From: an uncultured Gemmatimonadales bacterium
Lineage (GTDB): Bacteria; Gemmatimonadota; Gemmatimonadetes; Gemmatimonadales; GWC2-71-9
Reading direction: 5' to 3'
Length of the DNA: 64,000 nucleotides
Assembly: GCA_963825055.1 (NCBI GenBank)
Contig: CAWGSK010000002.1
Coordinates: 32,001 to 96,000 of the forward strand
Of this stretch, positions 12,578-21,764 are shown in pieces. Position 1 is the first letter of the stretch, and each line of letters starts with the position of its first letter. Position numbers and translations under genes: made by a program. A model generated the notes under the pieces. That model searched no databases. It was given only the letters and a program-made list of their open reading frames with translations, and was not told where the DNA came from.

Positions 12578-13815
12578 TGGCCACGCGCCACGAGCGCAAT
12601 CGCGAGCAGTTCCGCCGGCTGGCGGTGCTTATCGCCGTGAACTGCGTGGACATGATCGGCTTTGCAATCGTGCTCCCGCTGTTGCCGTTCTACGCGCTCC
12701 GGTTCGGCGCGTCGGCCCAGATGGTGGGGCTCCTGATTGCGAGCTTCTCCGTGGCGCAGTTGCTCGCCGCGCCGTTGTGGGGCCGGATCAGCGACCGGGT
12801 CGGCCGTCGCTTCGTGCTCCTGATCGGTCTGTCGGCCTCGGCCATCGCCTACCTGGTGTTCGGCTTCGCCACCAGCCTGTGGCTCCTCTTCCTGAGCCGG
12901 GTGATCCAGGGCGCGGGCGGCGGCACGACCGGCGTCGCGCAGGCGTATGTCGCCGACACCATCTCCGCGTCCGACCGTGCCCGGGCCCTGGGCTGGCTCT
13001 CGGCCGCCACCTCGGCGGGTGTCGCCATCGGGCCGGTCATCGGGTCGCTGGCCTCGCACCTTGGCCCGGAAGCGCCCGGGCTGGTTGCCGCAGGACTGTG
13101 CCTCGTCAACGTCTTCTTCGCGTGGAAGTGGCTCCCGGAATCGAAGGGCGATCACGAGGCCCCGCCCCGTCGGCCGATCTGGCACGCGGGCTGGCAGATC
13201 ATCCGGCACCCACGGTCGCCGGTGTCCCGCCTGATCTGGATCTACGCGGTGGGCATGCTTGCATTCACCTGCATGACATCGGTGGTCGCGCTCTACCTGA
13301 ACGCCGAGTTCCAGATCACCGAGGCGACCATCGGATACTTCTTCCTGTACATCGGCGTGCTGTCGTTCGTGATGCGGTCGATCGTGCTCGGCCCGGTGGT
13401 GGACCGGATCGGGGAGACCTGGGCCGTGCGGATGGGGGCGTTCCTGCTGGCGGCGGGCCTGGTGTCCTATCCCCTGGCACCGACGGTGTGGACCCTGCTG
13501 CTCGTCATTCCGCTGGTGCCGATCGGCACGGCACTTCTCTTTCCCAGTACGACCTCACTCATGTCGCAGGCCTCCGAACGCGCCGTGGTGGGTACCACCA
13601 TGGGGACTGCCCAGTCGTTCGCCGGGGTATCGCGCGTGGTGGCCCCGCTCCTCGCTACGCGGGCGTTCCAGGACCTGGGGCACGGGTCGCCGTTCTACAT
13701 CGCCGGGGGGTTCGTGGCGCTCGTGAGCCTGCTCTCGTTCCGGATTCGCCACCACCGCGCCGAGCCGACGCCGATTCCTCCAGAGCCGGTGGAGAGCCGG
13801 GCGGGCTCAGGCTGA
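12577..13815 (+). CDS. MFS transporter (TetA/DHA1-like)
   Basis: WGRISDRVGRR motif A; about 12 TM; TGATG coupling to permease. Confidence 0.92.
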   Translation: MATRHERNREQFRRLAVLIAVNCVDMIGFAIVLPLLPFYALRFGASAQMVGLLIASFSVAQLLAAPLWGRISDRVGRRFVLLIGLSASAIAYLVFGFATSLWLLFLSRVIQGAGGGTTGVAQAYVADTISASDRARALGWLSAATSAGVAIGPVIGSLASHLGPEAPGLVAAGLCLVNVFFAWKWLPESKGDHEAPPRRPIWHAGWQIIRHPRSPVSRLIWIYAVGMLAFTCMTSVVALYLNAEFQITEATIGYFFLYIGVLSFVMRSIVLGPVVDRIGETWAVRMGAFLLAAGLVSYPLAPTVWTLLLVIPLVPIGTALLFPSTTSLMSQASERAVVGTTMGTAQSFAGVSRVVAPLLATRAFQDLGHGSPFYIAGGFVALVSLLSFRIRHHRAEPTPIPPEPVESRAGSG

Positions 13816-13819
13816 GAGG

Positions 13820-15124
13820 TCAGTCGAGCGGGATCCGCTCGACCACCGGCGGGTGCAGCGTGACTCCCGCCCGCGGCAGTCCTGCCGCGTCAAATGATCC
13901 CCACTGGCTGTTGGACACGTAGAACAGCGTATCCCCGGCGACTACGCCGAGGGTGGGTTCGTCCCACGTGGGTTGGGCTGCGGCGAGGATGCTCCAGGCG
14001 GCGATGCGCCGGCCCGGAGGATCAAGGTCCAGGCGGAGGATGCGCGCCGGGCTGGTCCCGTTCTGGATCGCGATGAGCGTGCTGCCGTGCCGGGCCAGCC
14101 CGTCCATCCCGAGTACCACGAGATCCTCTGGCGCGGGCAGCATGGAAGCAGTGAGGGTCTCCAGGTCGATCCGAACGATGCCGCGGGTGTAGTCGGCCAG
14201 ATAGAGCGCGTTCCCGTCGCCGGACACGACGATGCCCTCCGGCGAACCGAGCCAGCCTGCCGGCAGCAGGGGACGGAGGTGGTCGCTGTCGCGCATGAGC
14301 TGGTAGATCATTGGCGTGCCATGGTCGGTTACATAAACGTCACCCGAGGGCGTGAGGGCGATGTCGTTGAAACCATGCGGACCGGGCCCCTCCGCTTCGT
14401 ACCGGTGACGGAGCGTGCCGTCATCCAGGGCGTATGCGAGCAGCGCCGACCGGCCCCGCCCCGCGCTGTCCACGCCGGTATGGGCGAGGGTGGCCGTGGT
14501 GACCCAGAGGAGCCCGCGCCTCGCATCTGCCACCATGCCGAAGACACTGCCCCGCGCAGTGTCGGGCGCGAAGATGGACGGGCGACCCTCGTGGAAACGG
14601 AGTATCTGCCTGGAACGCACGCCGCCGACAAACAAGTCTCCCGTCACCGGATCGCGGGCGATACCCTCGGCCAGCATCGCCCGGGCGCTGTTCGGCAGCC
14701 TGAGGGCAACGGTCGGGGTCCCGCGCGGCGTATCATTGGCCGAGAGCCGTGCCAGGGCCGCGGTGAACCCGGAATCCCCGGCCAGCGAGTCGAAGTCACT
14801 GTCACGGTCAGGATGCGCGGTGAGGCCGAGCGCGACGAGGCGCTCCAGCCGCGCCAGGGCCTCCGACCGCTGGCCGCGGAGCGCCGCTGCACTCGCGCGG
14901 TTGTACAGGATGGCAGGATGATTCGGCCGGAGGGAGTCGGCCCGGGCGAGGAAGTGCGCGTAGCCATCATAGTCACCTGCCTGCCATGCGAGCCGGGCGC
15001 TGTCCGCCATCTCCCTCCCGGCCGCCACCGCCTGTTGCTCGGCGGCAAAGCGATCAGAATGGGGCGGTCCGCCTGCGCAGGCCGTGAAGAGCGGGAGCAT
15101 GAGGAGTCGGGGGAGGCTGAGCAT
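13820..15124 (-). CDS. Putative lipoprotein with TPR-like N-terminus and SMP-30/gluconolactonase-like beta-propeller
   Basis: TAC lipobox-like; YNRASAAAL TPR-like helix; EGIA, FNDIAL, PEGIVV, DGLA propeller blades. Confidence 0.7.
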   Translation of the reverse strand: MLSLPRLLMLPLFTACAGGPPHSDRFAAEQQAVAAGREMADSARLAWQAGDYDGYAHFLARADSLRPNHPAILYNRASAAALRGQRSEALARLERLVALGLTAHPDRDSDFDSLAGDSGFTAALARLSANDTPRGTPTVALRLPNSARAMLAEGIARDPVTGDLFVGGVRSRQILRFHEGRPSIFAPDTARGSVFGMVADARRGLLWVTTATLAHTGVDSAGRGRSALLAYALDDGTLRHRYEAEGPGPHGFNDIALTPSGDVYVTDHGTPMIYQLMRDSDHLRPLLPAGWLGSPEGIVVSGDGNALYLADYTRGIVRIDLETLTASMLPAPEDLVVLGMDGLARHGSTLIAIQNGTSPARILRLDLDPPGRRIAAWSILAAAQPTWDEPTLGVVAGDTLFYVSNSQWGSFDAAGLPRAGVTLHPPVVERIPLD

Positions 15125-15192
15125 GGCTGCCTTACGCCAGGTGCGGGACTCCGGGTTTCAGGAAGGGCCCGGAGGAGGCCGTTATATTGGAC

Positions 15193-15262
15193 GCCGTAGG
15201 CCGTAGGCCGTCGGCCGTCGGCAGTCGGCAGTCGGCAATCGGCAGCAGGCAGCAGGCAGCAG
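15193..15262. repeat. Drifting 7-mer tandem array (10 units)
   Basis: GCCGTAG x2, GCCGTCG x2, GCAGTCG x2, GCAATCG, GCAGCAG x3. Confidence 0.85.
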
Positions 15263-15307
15263 GATTCAGTTGACCACAGCCCGTCCGTCCGTGCGTGAGG
15301 AGCGTGT

Positions 15308-17041
15308 GTGAATACGATCTTCAAACTTCCTGAGTCCCCCTCGGAGTTTGCCGGGGCGACCTGGGACGACATCCAGCCTTACTACGACCTGCTGGCGGAC
15401 CGGCCACTCGATGCCGGTTCCGTGGAGCGCTGGCTGGCGGACTGGTCCCGCCTCGACGCGCTGGTGACCGAGGCCGCCGCGGAGGCCATGATCGCGTACA
15501 CCGTGCAGACGGACGCCCCGGGTCGGGAAGAGGCGCACCTGAGGTTCTCCGCGGAGATCCTGCCACAGGTCGAGGAGCAGGAGGTCCGGCTGGCCCGCCG
15601 GCTGGTGGCCCTCAGCTGGACCGGTCCGGATTTCGAGGTACCGCTCGCCAGGTTCCGCGAGCAGATCGCCCTGTTCAGCGAGGCCAACGTCCCCCTGTTC
15701 ACCGAGCTCGAGGAGCTCTCGACACGGTACCAGCGCGTGACCGGCGGCATGACGGCCGCGTGGGAAGGGGAGCAAGTCCCCCTGCCGGCGCTGCAACCGC
15801 GTCTCCGCGACCCCGACCGCGCGGTTCGGGAGCGGGCCTACCTGGCCGGCACGCGGCCGTACCTCGAGGCCCAGCCGAAGCTGGCATCGTTGTTCGACAG
15901 GATGTACACGATTCGCCAGAAGGTCGCGCGCCAGGCGGGGTGCGCCGAGTTCCGCGAGTACAGTTTCCGGAGCAAGTGCCGGTTCGACTATACCCCAGCG
16001 GACGTCGAGCGTTTCCACGAGGCCGTGGAGGCGGTGGTGACGCCGGCGGTGGAGCGCATCTATGCCCGGCGGCGCACGCAACTCGGGGTGGATCGGCTGC
16101 GGCCCTGGGACGTGACGGTTGACCCCGAGGGTCGGGCTGCGCTCAAGCCTTTCGCAGACGCCGGTGAGCTCATCGGTGGCATGCGCCAGGTGTTCGGGGG
16201 GCTCGATCCGGTACTTGGTCATGAGTTCGGCGTTCTGGCGGACGAGGGGCTGCTCGACCTCGAGACGCGCCGGGGCAAGGCGCCGGGCGGCTACTGCGAG
16301 ACCCTGCATGCGCGGGGGCGGCCGTTCATCTTCATGAACGCCGCCGGGACCCTCGATGACATTATGACCCTCACCCATGAGGCCGGGCACGCATTTCACG
16401 CCTTCGCCTCCCACCCGCTTCCCCTCATCTGGCAGCGCCATCCCGGAATGGAGGCCGCCGAGCTCGCCTCGATGAGCATGGAGCTGCTGGCGTCGGCGCG
16501 GTTCCGGGAGGACCAGGGTGGCTTCTTCGACGAGGACGCCTGGGCCCGGGCGCGGATCGAGCACCTCGAGGACATCCTCCAGAGCCTGGCGCACATCGCG
16601 GCGGTTGATGCGTTCCAGAGCTGGATCTATGTGAGCGGGGAAGGGGCCGATGCGGCAGCCCGGGACGCGGCGTGGATCCGGCTCCGTTCGCGATTCGAGC
16701 GGGGTGTGGACTGGTCCGGCCTGGAGCGCGAGCGGGTGGCCCGCTGGTACCGGCAGCTCCACATTTTCCTCTATCCCTTCTACTACATCGAATACGGCAT
16801 CGCCCAGCTCGGAGCGCTGCAGGTGTGGCGGAACAGCCTGTCCGATCCGGCGGCAGCCCTGCGCAGGTACCGGGAGGCGCTTGCGCTCGGGACGACCCGG
16901 AGCCTGCCGGAGATCTATGCCACCGCCGGGGCCAGGCTTGTCTTCGACCGCGAGGGGATGGCCGAACTGGTCGGGCTCGTCGAGGCGCAGCTCGAGGAGC
17001 TCTCGGCCGCCCGGAGCGCAGGCACTGCCGGTAGCCCCTGA
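15308..17041 (+). CDS. M3 family oligoendopeptidase (PepF-like)
   Basis: [16 protein letters not shown] zinc motif, [24 protein letters not shown]. Confidence 0.93.
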   Translation: MNTIFKLPESPSEFAGATWDDIQPYYDLLADRPLDAGSVERWLADWSRLDALVTEAAAEAMIAYTVQTDAPGREEAHLRFSAEILPQVEEQEVRLARRLVALSWTGPDFEVPLARFREQIALFSEANVPLFTELEELSTRYQRVTGGMTAAWEGEQVPLPALQPRLRDPDRAVRERAYLAGTRPYLEAQPKLASLFDRMYTIRQKVARQAGCAEFREYSFRSKCRFDYTPADVERFHEAVEAVVTPAVERIYARRRTQLGVDRLRPWDVTVDPEGRAALKPFADAGELIGGMRQVFGGLDPVLGHEFGVLADEGLLDLETRRGKAPGGYCETLHARGRPFIFMNAAGTLDDIMTLTHEAGHAFHAFASHPLPLIWQRHPGMEAAELASMSMELLASARFREDQGGFFDEDAWARARIEHLEDILQSLAHIAAVDAFQSWIYVSGEGADAAARDAAWIRLRSRFERGVDWSGLERERVARWYRQLHIFLYPFYYIEYGIAQLGALQVWRNSLSDPAAALRRYREALALGTTRSLPEIYATAGARLVFDREGMAELVGLVEAQLEELSAARSAGTAGSP

Positions 17042-17115
17042 ACTGCGTTCGGCCTAGATTGCAGCAGCCGCCGGCGCCCGAACGGCTGCCGGCATCTCCC
17101 TCTGGAGGTTCGTGG

Positions 17116-17334
17116 ATGGCGAAAGAAGAAGGTATTGAGATGGAAGGGGTGGTGACCGAGGTCCTGCCCGACCGCAACTACCGCGTGCTGCTGGAGAACG
17201 GCCATTCCGTCCTGGCCTACGCGGCGGGCAAGATGAGCAAGCACAAGATCCGGGTGCTCGAGGGTGACCGGGTCAGCGTGGTCCTCTCCCCCTATGACCT
17301 CACCCGCGGGCGCGTGATCTACCGGCACAAGTAG
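17116..17334 (+). CDS. infA: Translation initiation factor IF-1
   Basis: [18 protein letters not shown]...[13 protein letters not shown], 72 aa. Confidence 0.97.
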   Translation: MAKEEGIEMEGVVTEVLPDRNYRVLLENGHSVLAYAAGKMSKHKIRVLEGDRVSVVLSPYDLTRGRVIYRHK

Positions 17335-17356
17335 GACGCCCCGCCTCCACGAACGA

Positions 17357-17390
17357 AAAGCGGGCCGCTCCCTCGGGAGCGGCCCGTTCT
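17357..17390. terminator. Bidirectional terminator between infA and csp
   Basis: AAAG-CGGGCCGCTCCC-TC-GGGAGCGGCCCG-TTCT. Confidence 0.8.
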
Positions 17391-17413
17391 CCATGCCGAC
17401 GGACGGCGGGTTG

Positions 17414-17626
17414 TTACGGTGCGCGCGTGACGTTCTCGGCGGCCGGACCCTTCGCGCCCTCAACGATGTCGAACTCGACCTTGTCGCCCTCGGCGAGGCT
17501 GCGGAATCCGTCCATCTTGATGGCCGAATGATGAACGAAGCAGTCCTTCGTGCCGTTCTCGGGCGTGATGAAGCCGAAGCCCTTCGCGTCGTTGAACCAC
17601 TTCACAGTACCTGTGGTGCGTGCCAT
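17414..17626 (-). CDS. Cold-shock protein (CspA family)
   Basis: [32 protein letters not shown]. Confidence 0.97.
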   Translation of the reverse strand: MARTTGTVKWFNDAKGFGFITPENGTKDCFVHHSAIKMDGFRSLAEGDKVEFDIVEGAKGPAAENVTRAP

Positions 17627-17842
17627 ACTTGCCTAACTCCTGTGATGGTAACGTGGTCGGGGTGGGTCCAGCCGCACGGCCGACCTGACATAAGACGGGC
17701 CTTTCCCGCCTCATGAGCTGAAAATACGAAATGAACCTGAGGTTCTTGTCGTGAGCCTTGTCGGTTTGCCCTGCTTGAGTCGCGCGGTAGGAAAATCCCC
17801 TCGCTCAGCCAGACAACAAATTTCCACCCCGTACCCGTTTCG

Positions 17843-19660
17843 TCAAGGTTTGGGGTTTTCGGGATCTGTTCCCCGGTCCCCCGGTTCCTGGAAGAGGGAG
17901 CGCGCGGCGGCGAGCCAGGCGGCGCCGCGCGAAGGCAGGCTGGGCCCCGTCCCTTCCTGCACGGCCTGCAGGAACTCGGCTGCCGTGGTGAAACGCTCAC
18001 TGACCACGGCCCGGATCGCCCGCTCGAGGGCTGCCGCCAGCGCCTCGGGGACGTCTGGGCGCTCCCGGCGGAGGTCAGGGACGCGGTTCGTCGCCTGTCG
18101 GGCGAGTACCTGCTCGGGGGTGTGGCCGGGGAAAGGCGAATGGCCGAGCAGAAGGAAGTACGCGACCGCCGCGACGCTGTAGAGGTCCGACCGCTGGTCC
18201 ACCCGCTCCCCCAGCAACTGCTCGGGGCTTGCATACTGCGGCGTCCCGCTCTGGCTGGTGGCCCCGCCGAAGCGTCCCTGGCCGCGGAGTGCCAGGGCGA
18301 GTCCGAAGTCGGTGATCCGGAGCCCGCCGTCCGGGGCGATCAGCATATTCTCGGGCTTGATATCGCGGTGGACCAGCCCGGCCGCGTGGGCGGATATCAG
18401 CGCGCTCAGGGCCTCCTTGAGGAGGTCGACGACCCGCGGTAGAGGCTGGGCACCCTCCCGCTCCACCACCTGTGCGAGGTTCGGGCCCGAGATGAGCTCC
18501 ATCGTGTACCAGATCAGGCCGGACCGACCGCCGATGTCGTAGATGTCCACGATGTTCGGGTGGGTCAGCCGGGCGGCGAGCTGGGCTTCGCGACGGAACC
18601 GCTCGACAACCGCGGGGTCGGTCGTCAGCAGGGGATGGAGCACCTTGAGGGCGACTTCGCGCTCGAGGTGGAGGTCGCGCACGCGATACACCCGGCCGAA
18701 GCCGCCCGCGCCCAGCTGGGCGAGAAGCTCGTAATCGTCCCCCAGCGCGCGCCGCAGCCGCTTCTCCCAGTTGCGCCCATCCTCGACCTCGCGCGGCCGC
18801 TCAGTGCTCACGGTCAGGATCGGCGGGTTCTCCACCAGGCCGGCCTCGCTGGAGAAGTCCTCCAGCATTTCCGCTGCAGTCATGTAGCGGTCTTCCGGGT
18901 CGGCCTGCAGAGCCCGGAGGATGATCCGCTCCACCGCGCCGGGGCAGTTTGGGCGGAGTTCGCGGGGCGGGATGATGGCGCCGGGGTCGGCCGGGGGCTC
19001 CACCGCGGTCACCGCGTAGTAGATAATGGCGCCGGCGGCGTAGAGATCGCTCGCAGGATCGCCCACGGCGCCGCCGCGGATCTCGGGGGCCATGAATGTC
19101 GCTCCCACCGGCTGTACGCCCTCCGGTATGGCGGACAGGGTCCAGCTCGCGTAGCGCAGGTCGGTGACGGTGCCGTGACCGCTTCCGTTGACGATGAGGG
19201 AGTTGGGCACCACCCGCCGGATGATGAGCCCGTTGGCGTGCGCATGCTCCATCGCGCTCAGCACGTCCCGCGCGAGGATGTGGACGCTGGGCAGTGGTCG
19301 TGGGCTCCGCCGGACCGCCTCCTCCAGGCTCTCACCCTCGATCCAGTTGCCGACCCGGAACGCCACCTTGTCGATTATGCCCGTGTCATACACGTGCCGG
19401 ACCGCGGGATGGTCGAGCCGGGCGAGCGCCTCGGCTTCCCGCATGAACCACGCCCGTACCGGCGGGTCCCCGTGGAAGTGCGCGCGCAGGCTCACGTGCC
19501 TCTGCAGGGTGAGGTCATAGGCACGGAACAGGGCCCGCTCGCGCGAAACGGCGACGAGGTTGCGCACCCGGTAACGGTGGCCGAAAATCTCTTCCGCCCG
19601 CTTGAAGTACACGGGTGGCGGGAGGGTGTGGCCGCCGGTCTGGTGCCCCGGGGTAGTCAT
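17843..19660 (-). CDS. Tandem pseudokinase plus Hanks-type Ser/Thr kinase (soluble, about 605 aa)
   Basis: C-domain has GAGGFG, VALK, HRDIKPEN, DFG, GTPQYASPE; N-domain is kinase-like with degenerate catalytic motifs; ATGA overlap with upstream gene. Confidence 0.9.
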   Translation of the reverse strand: MTTPGHQTGGHTLPPPVYFKRAEEIFGHRYRVRNLVAVSRERALFRAYDLTLQRHVSLRAHFHGDPPVRAWFMREAEALARLDHPAVRHVYDTGIIDKVAFRVGNWIEGESLEEAVRRSPRPLPSVHILARDVLSAMEHAHANGLIIRRVVPNSLIVNGSGHGTVTDLRYASWTLSAIPEGVQPVGATFMAPEIRGGAVGDPASDLYAAGAIIYYAVTAVEPPADPGAIIPPRELRPNCPGAVERIILRALQADPEDRYMTAAEMLEDFSSEAGLVENPPILTVSTERPREVEDGRNWEKRLRRALGDDYELLAQLGAGGFGRVYRVRDLHLEREVALKVLHPLLTTDPAVVERFRREAQLAARLTHPNIVDIYDIGGRSGLIWYTMELISGPNLAQVVEREGAQPLPRVVDLLKEALSALISAHAAGLVHRDIKPENMLIAPDGGLRITDFGLALALRGQGRFGGATSQSGTPQYASPEQLLGERVDQRSDLYSVAAVAYFLLLGHSPFPGHTPEQVLARQATNRVPDLRRERPDVPEALAAALERAIRAVVSERFTTAAEFLQAVQEGTGPSLPSRGAAWLAAARSLFQEPGDRGTDPENPKP

Positions 19661-20199
19661 CGGCTCGTGCGACGCCGCTCGATGCGCAGGCCAGCGCCGC
19701 AGGTGGCGGGTCGGCAGCAGACGCGGGTCTGCTCGGGAGTCGTGTCGACCAGAAAGAGGGTGCAGTCCTCGCCCAGGCAACGCCGCACGATGGCCGATGG
19801 GTCGGCGAGGGTGTGGGCGGCCGAGCGGGCGATGGCGTCGAGGGCCGTTGGCGACTGGGCCGGCGTGAACTGCTGCCGCCACTGGCCGCCGGTCCGCACC
19901 AGCTGATGGCAGCCGGGCGTGGCCGCCAGCACCGAATTAATGGCGGTGATTGAGGCGGTGGGGACCGGCTTCTTCTCGTTGAGTGCAGTGGCGAGGCGGG
20001 TCAGGTGGTCGCGGAACTCGAGGACGTCGGCCAGGCGCACCAGGTCGGCGTCGGAGGTGAGCTTTTCGGCCTTCACCCAGCGGTGGTAGGCCGCGACGTC
20101 AGTCAGTCGCTCCCGCGCCTCGTCTCCCGTACCGCGTGGCGTGTTGATGAAGTCCGTCCAGATGGCATCGCCGAGGAGGACGAACTCAGGATCCGGCAT
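19657..20199 (-). CDS. ABATE/CGNR zinc-finger family protein
   Basis: DFINT N-terminal motif; RRC-x4-C..F..D....R.CC...TCG C-terminal zinc finger. Confidence 0.8.
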   Translation of the reverse strand: MPDPEFVLLGDAIWTDFINTPRGTGDEARERLTDVAAYHRWVKAEKLTSDADLVRLADVLEFRDHLTRLATALNEKKPVPTASITAINSVLAATPGCHQLVRTGGQWRQQFTPAQSPTALDAIARSAAHTLADPSAIVRRCLGEDCTLFLVDTTPEQTRVCCRPATCGAGLRIERRRTSR

Positions 20200-20202
20200 G
20201 GT

Positions 20203-21543
20203 TCAGTGATCCTCCGCAATCTCCACCGAGTTGCGTCCGCCGCGCTTTGCGGCGTAGAGCGCTTCGTCGGCGGCGGCCAGGACTTCGTCCACGGTCGTCC
20301 CGTGGCGCGGGGCCGAGGCAAGCCCGAGGCTGACCGTGCGCCGGCCGAACTCGGGGTGGTTCGCCTCCATCTCGGCGATGTCCTTGAGAGCGCGTGCCAC
20401 GTAGACCATCGCCTCCTGCGGCGTGGTCATCGGCAGGATCACGAGGAACTCGTCCCCGCCGAGGCGCCCCACGACGTCCAGGGCGCGGCCCTGCTGTCGA
20501 AGGATCCGGCCGATCAGGATGAGGAGACGGTCACCCGCGGCGTGCCCCAGCGTGTCGTTCACCTGCTTGAACCGGTCCACGTCGAGCAGGACGATGGTCG
20601 TGTGCAGCTGGTGCCGCTGGGCGCGGGAGATCTCCGCGCCCAGCCGCTGCTCGATGGCGCGACGATTGTAGAGGCCCGTGAGCTCGTCGGTCGTGGCGGC
20701 ACTGTGCAGTTGCTCGACGAGGTGCGCATTCTTGAGCGCGATCGCGGCGGCGAATGCCAGGGTTCCCGCCAGCTCGAACTCCGGGGCGCCGTAATCCTTC
20801 CCCGAAATCCGGGTCCCCAGAGCCAGCACCGCCAGGCGTTCCGGGCCGGAATCAAGCGAGATCGTCACGCGGGTCCGGGGGTCTGCCAGCCTGGCGAGGC
20901 CGACCTCTTCAGCGTGGACCGGCGAGGACCCCACCGGGAACGCCGCGTCCAGCTTCTCCACCACGATCGGCTGGGGACGACCCTCCTCGCCGACGGCGCG
21001 GTAGACATGCGGGACATACATCCCCTTCTCCGGCCGGTACAGGCAGGCCCACCAGGCGAAGAACACCTCAGCCATGAAATCCATGATCAGCTGTTCGGTC
21101 TCGCCGATCGAGTGGACCGACGACAGGAGCCGGGCCACCTGGCGCAGGGCGCGGAGCTGGAAGGCCGCGTCGTCCAGGGCTGCCTGGCGGTCCAGCAGGA
21201 CCCCGCGGAGCTCGATCACGACCGAGAGCCCCAGGGCCATCGGCATGACCACGGCCTGAAGCTCCGACGCGATGTCCTTGGCGGCGTAAACGCTGACGGT
21301 GGCCTCGCCACTGCCGATCCGGCAGATCTGGACGGCGTCTGCCGGACGGCTGGACGGGCCGATCGCAATGACCGGCCCGGTCGGGCTCGAGACGTTCAGC
21401 CAGACACCGTCGTGCCGGAAGCGCCGCGCCAGCGCGTCCCGGCACCGTTCGAACAGTTCACGTTCGGAACGGGCGTCGCGGCAGGCCGCCACAAAGGCGC
21501 TGGAGAGGTGCTCCACCGAGGGCACAAGCGGCGGGTGATCCAT
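20203..21543 (-). CDS. Diguanylate cyclase with GAF-like sensor region
   Basis: DELTGLYNRR, DVDRFKQVND..GH..GD, RALD I-site, GGDEF, ALYAAK..GRN. Confidence 0.93.
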   Translation of the reverse strand: MDHPPLVPSVEHLSSAFVAACRDARSERELFERCRDALARRFRHDGVWLNVSSPTGPVIAIGPSSRPADAVQICRIGSGEATVSVYAAKDIASELQAVVMPMALGLSVVIELRGVLLDRQAALDDAAFQLRALRQVARLLSSVHSIGETEQLIMDFMAEVFFAWWACLYRPEKGMYVPHVYRAVGEEGRPQPIVVEKLDAAFPVGSSPVHAEEVGLARLADPRTRVTISLDSGPERLAVLALGTRISGKDYGAPEFELAGTLAFAAAIALKNAHLVEQLHSAATTDELTGLYNRRAIEQRLGAEISRAQRHQLHTTIVLLDVDRFKQVNDTLGHAAGDRLLILIGRILRQQGRALDVVGRLGGDEFLVILPMTTPQEAMVYVARALKDIAEMEANHPEFGRRTVSLGLASAPRHGTTVDEVLAAADEALYAAKRGGRNSVEIAEDH

Positions 21544-21720
21544 GGGCGCCAATATAGCCCCGCCCGTAGCCGTAAGGGAGGCATGGATTTAGGCGATTGT
21601 GCCCGGGGGGTTGTGATCCGGGACCGACCAGGGTACATTCCACTCCGGAATACGACATAGCCCCTCGGGGCCCCAGGGATAGGCCAACAGCCTGGGTGAT
21701 GAATTCTGCAAGGCCAGATG

Positions 21721-21759
21721 CTCCCGGTCGCGATAACTCGCGAACCGGGATTTTTCTTT
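21721..21759 (+). terminator. Intrinsic terminator oriented for the + strand
   Basis: TCCCGGTCGCGA-TAAC-TCGCGAACCGGGA followed by TTTTTTCTTT. Confidence 0.7.
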
Positions 21760-21764
21760 CCCGC

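Noticed and set aside
17627..17830. cspA-type thermosensor 5' UTR
   Set aside because: Plausible by position, but no structure or consensus could be supported by eye.
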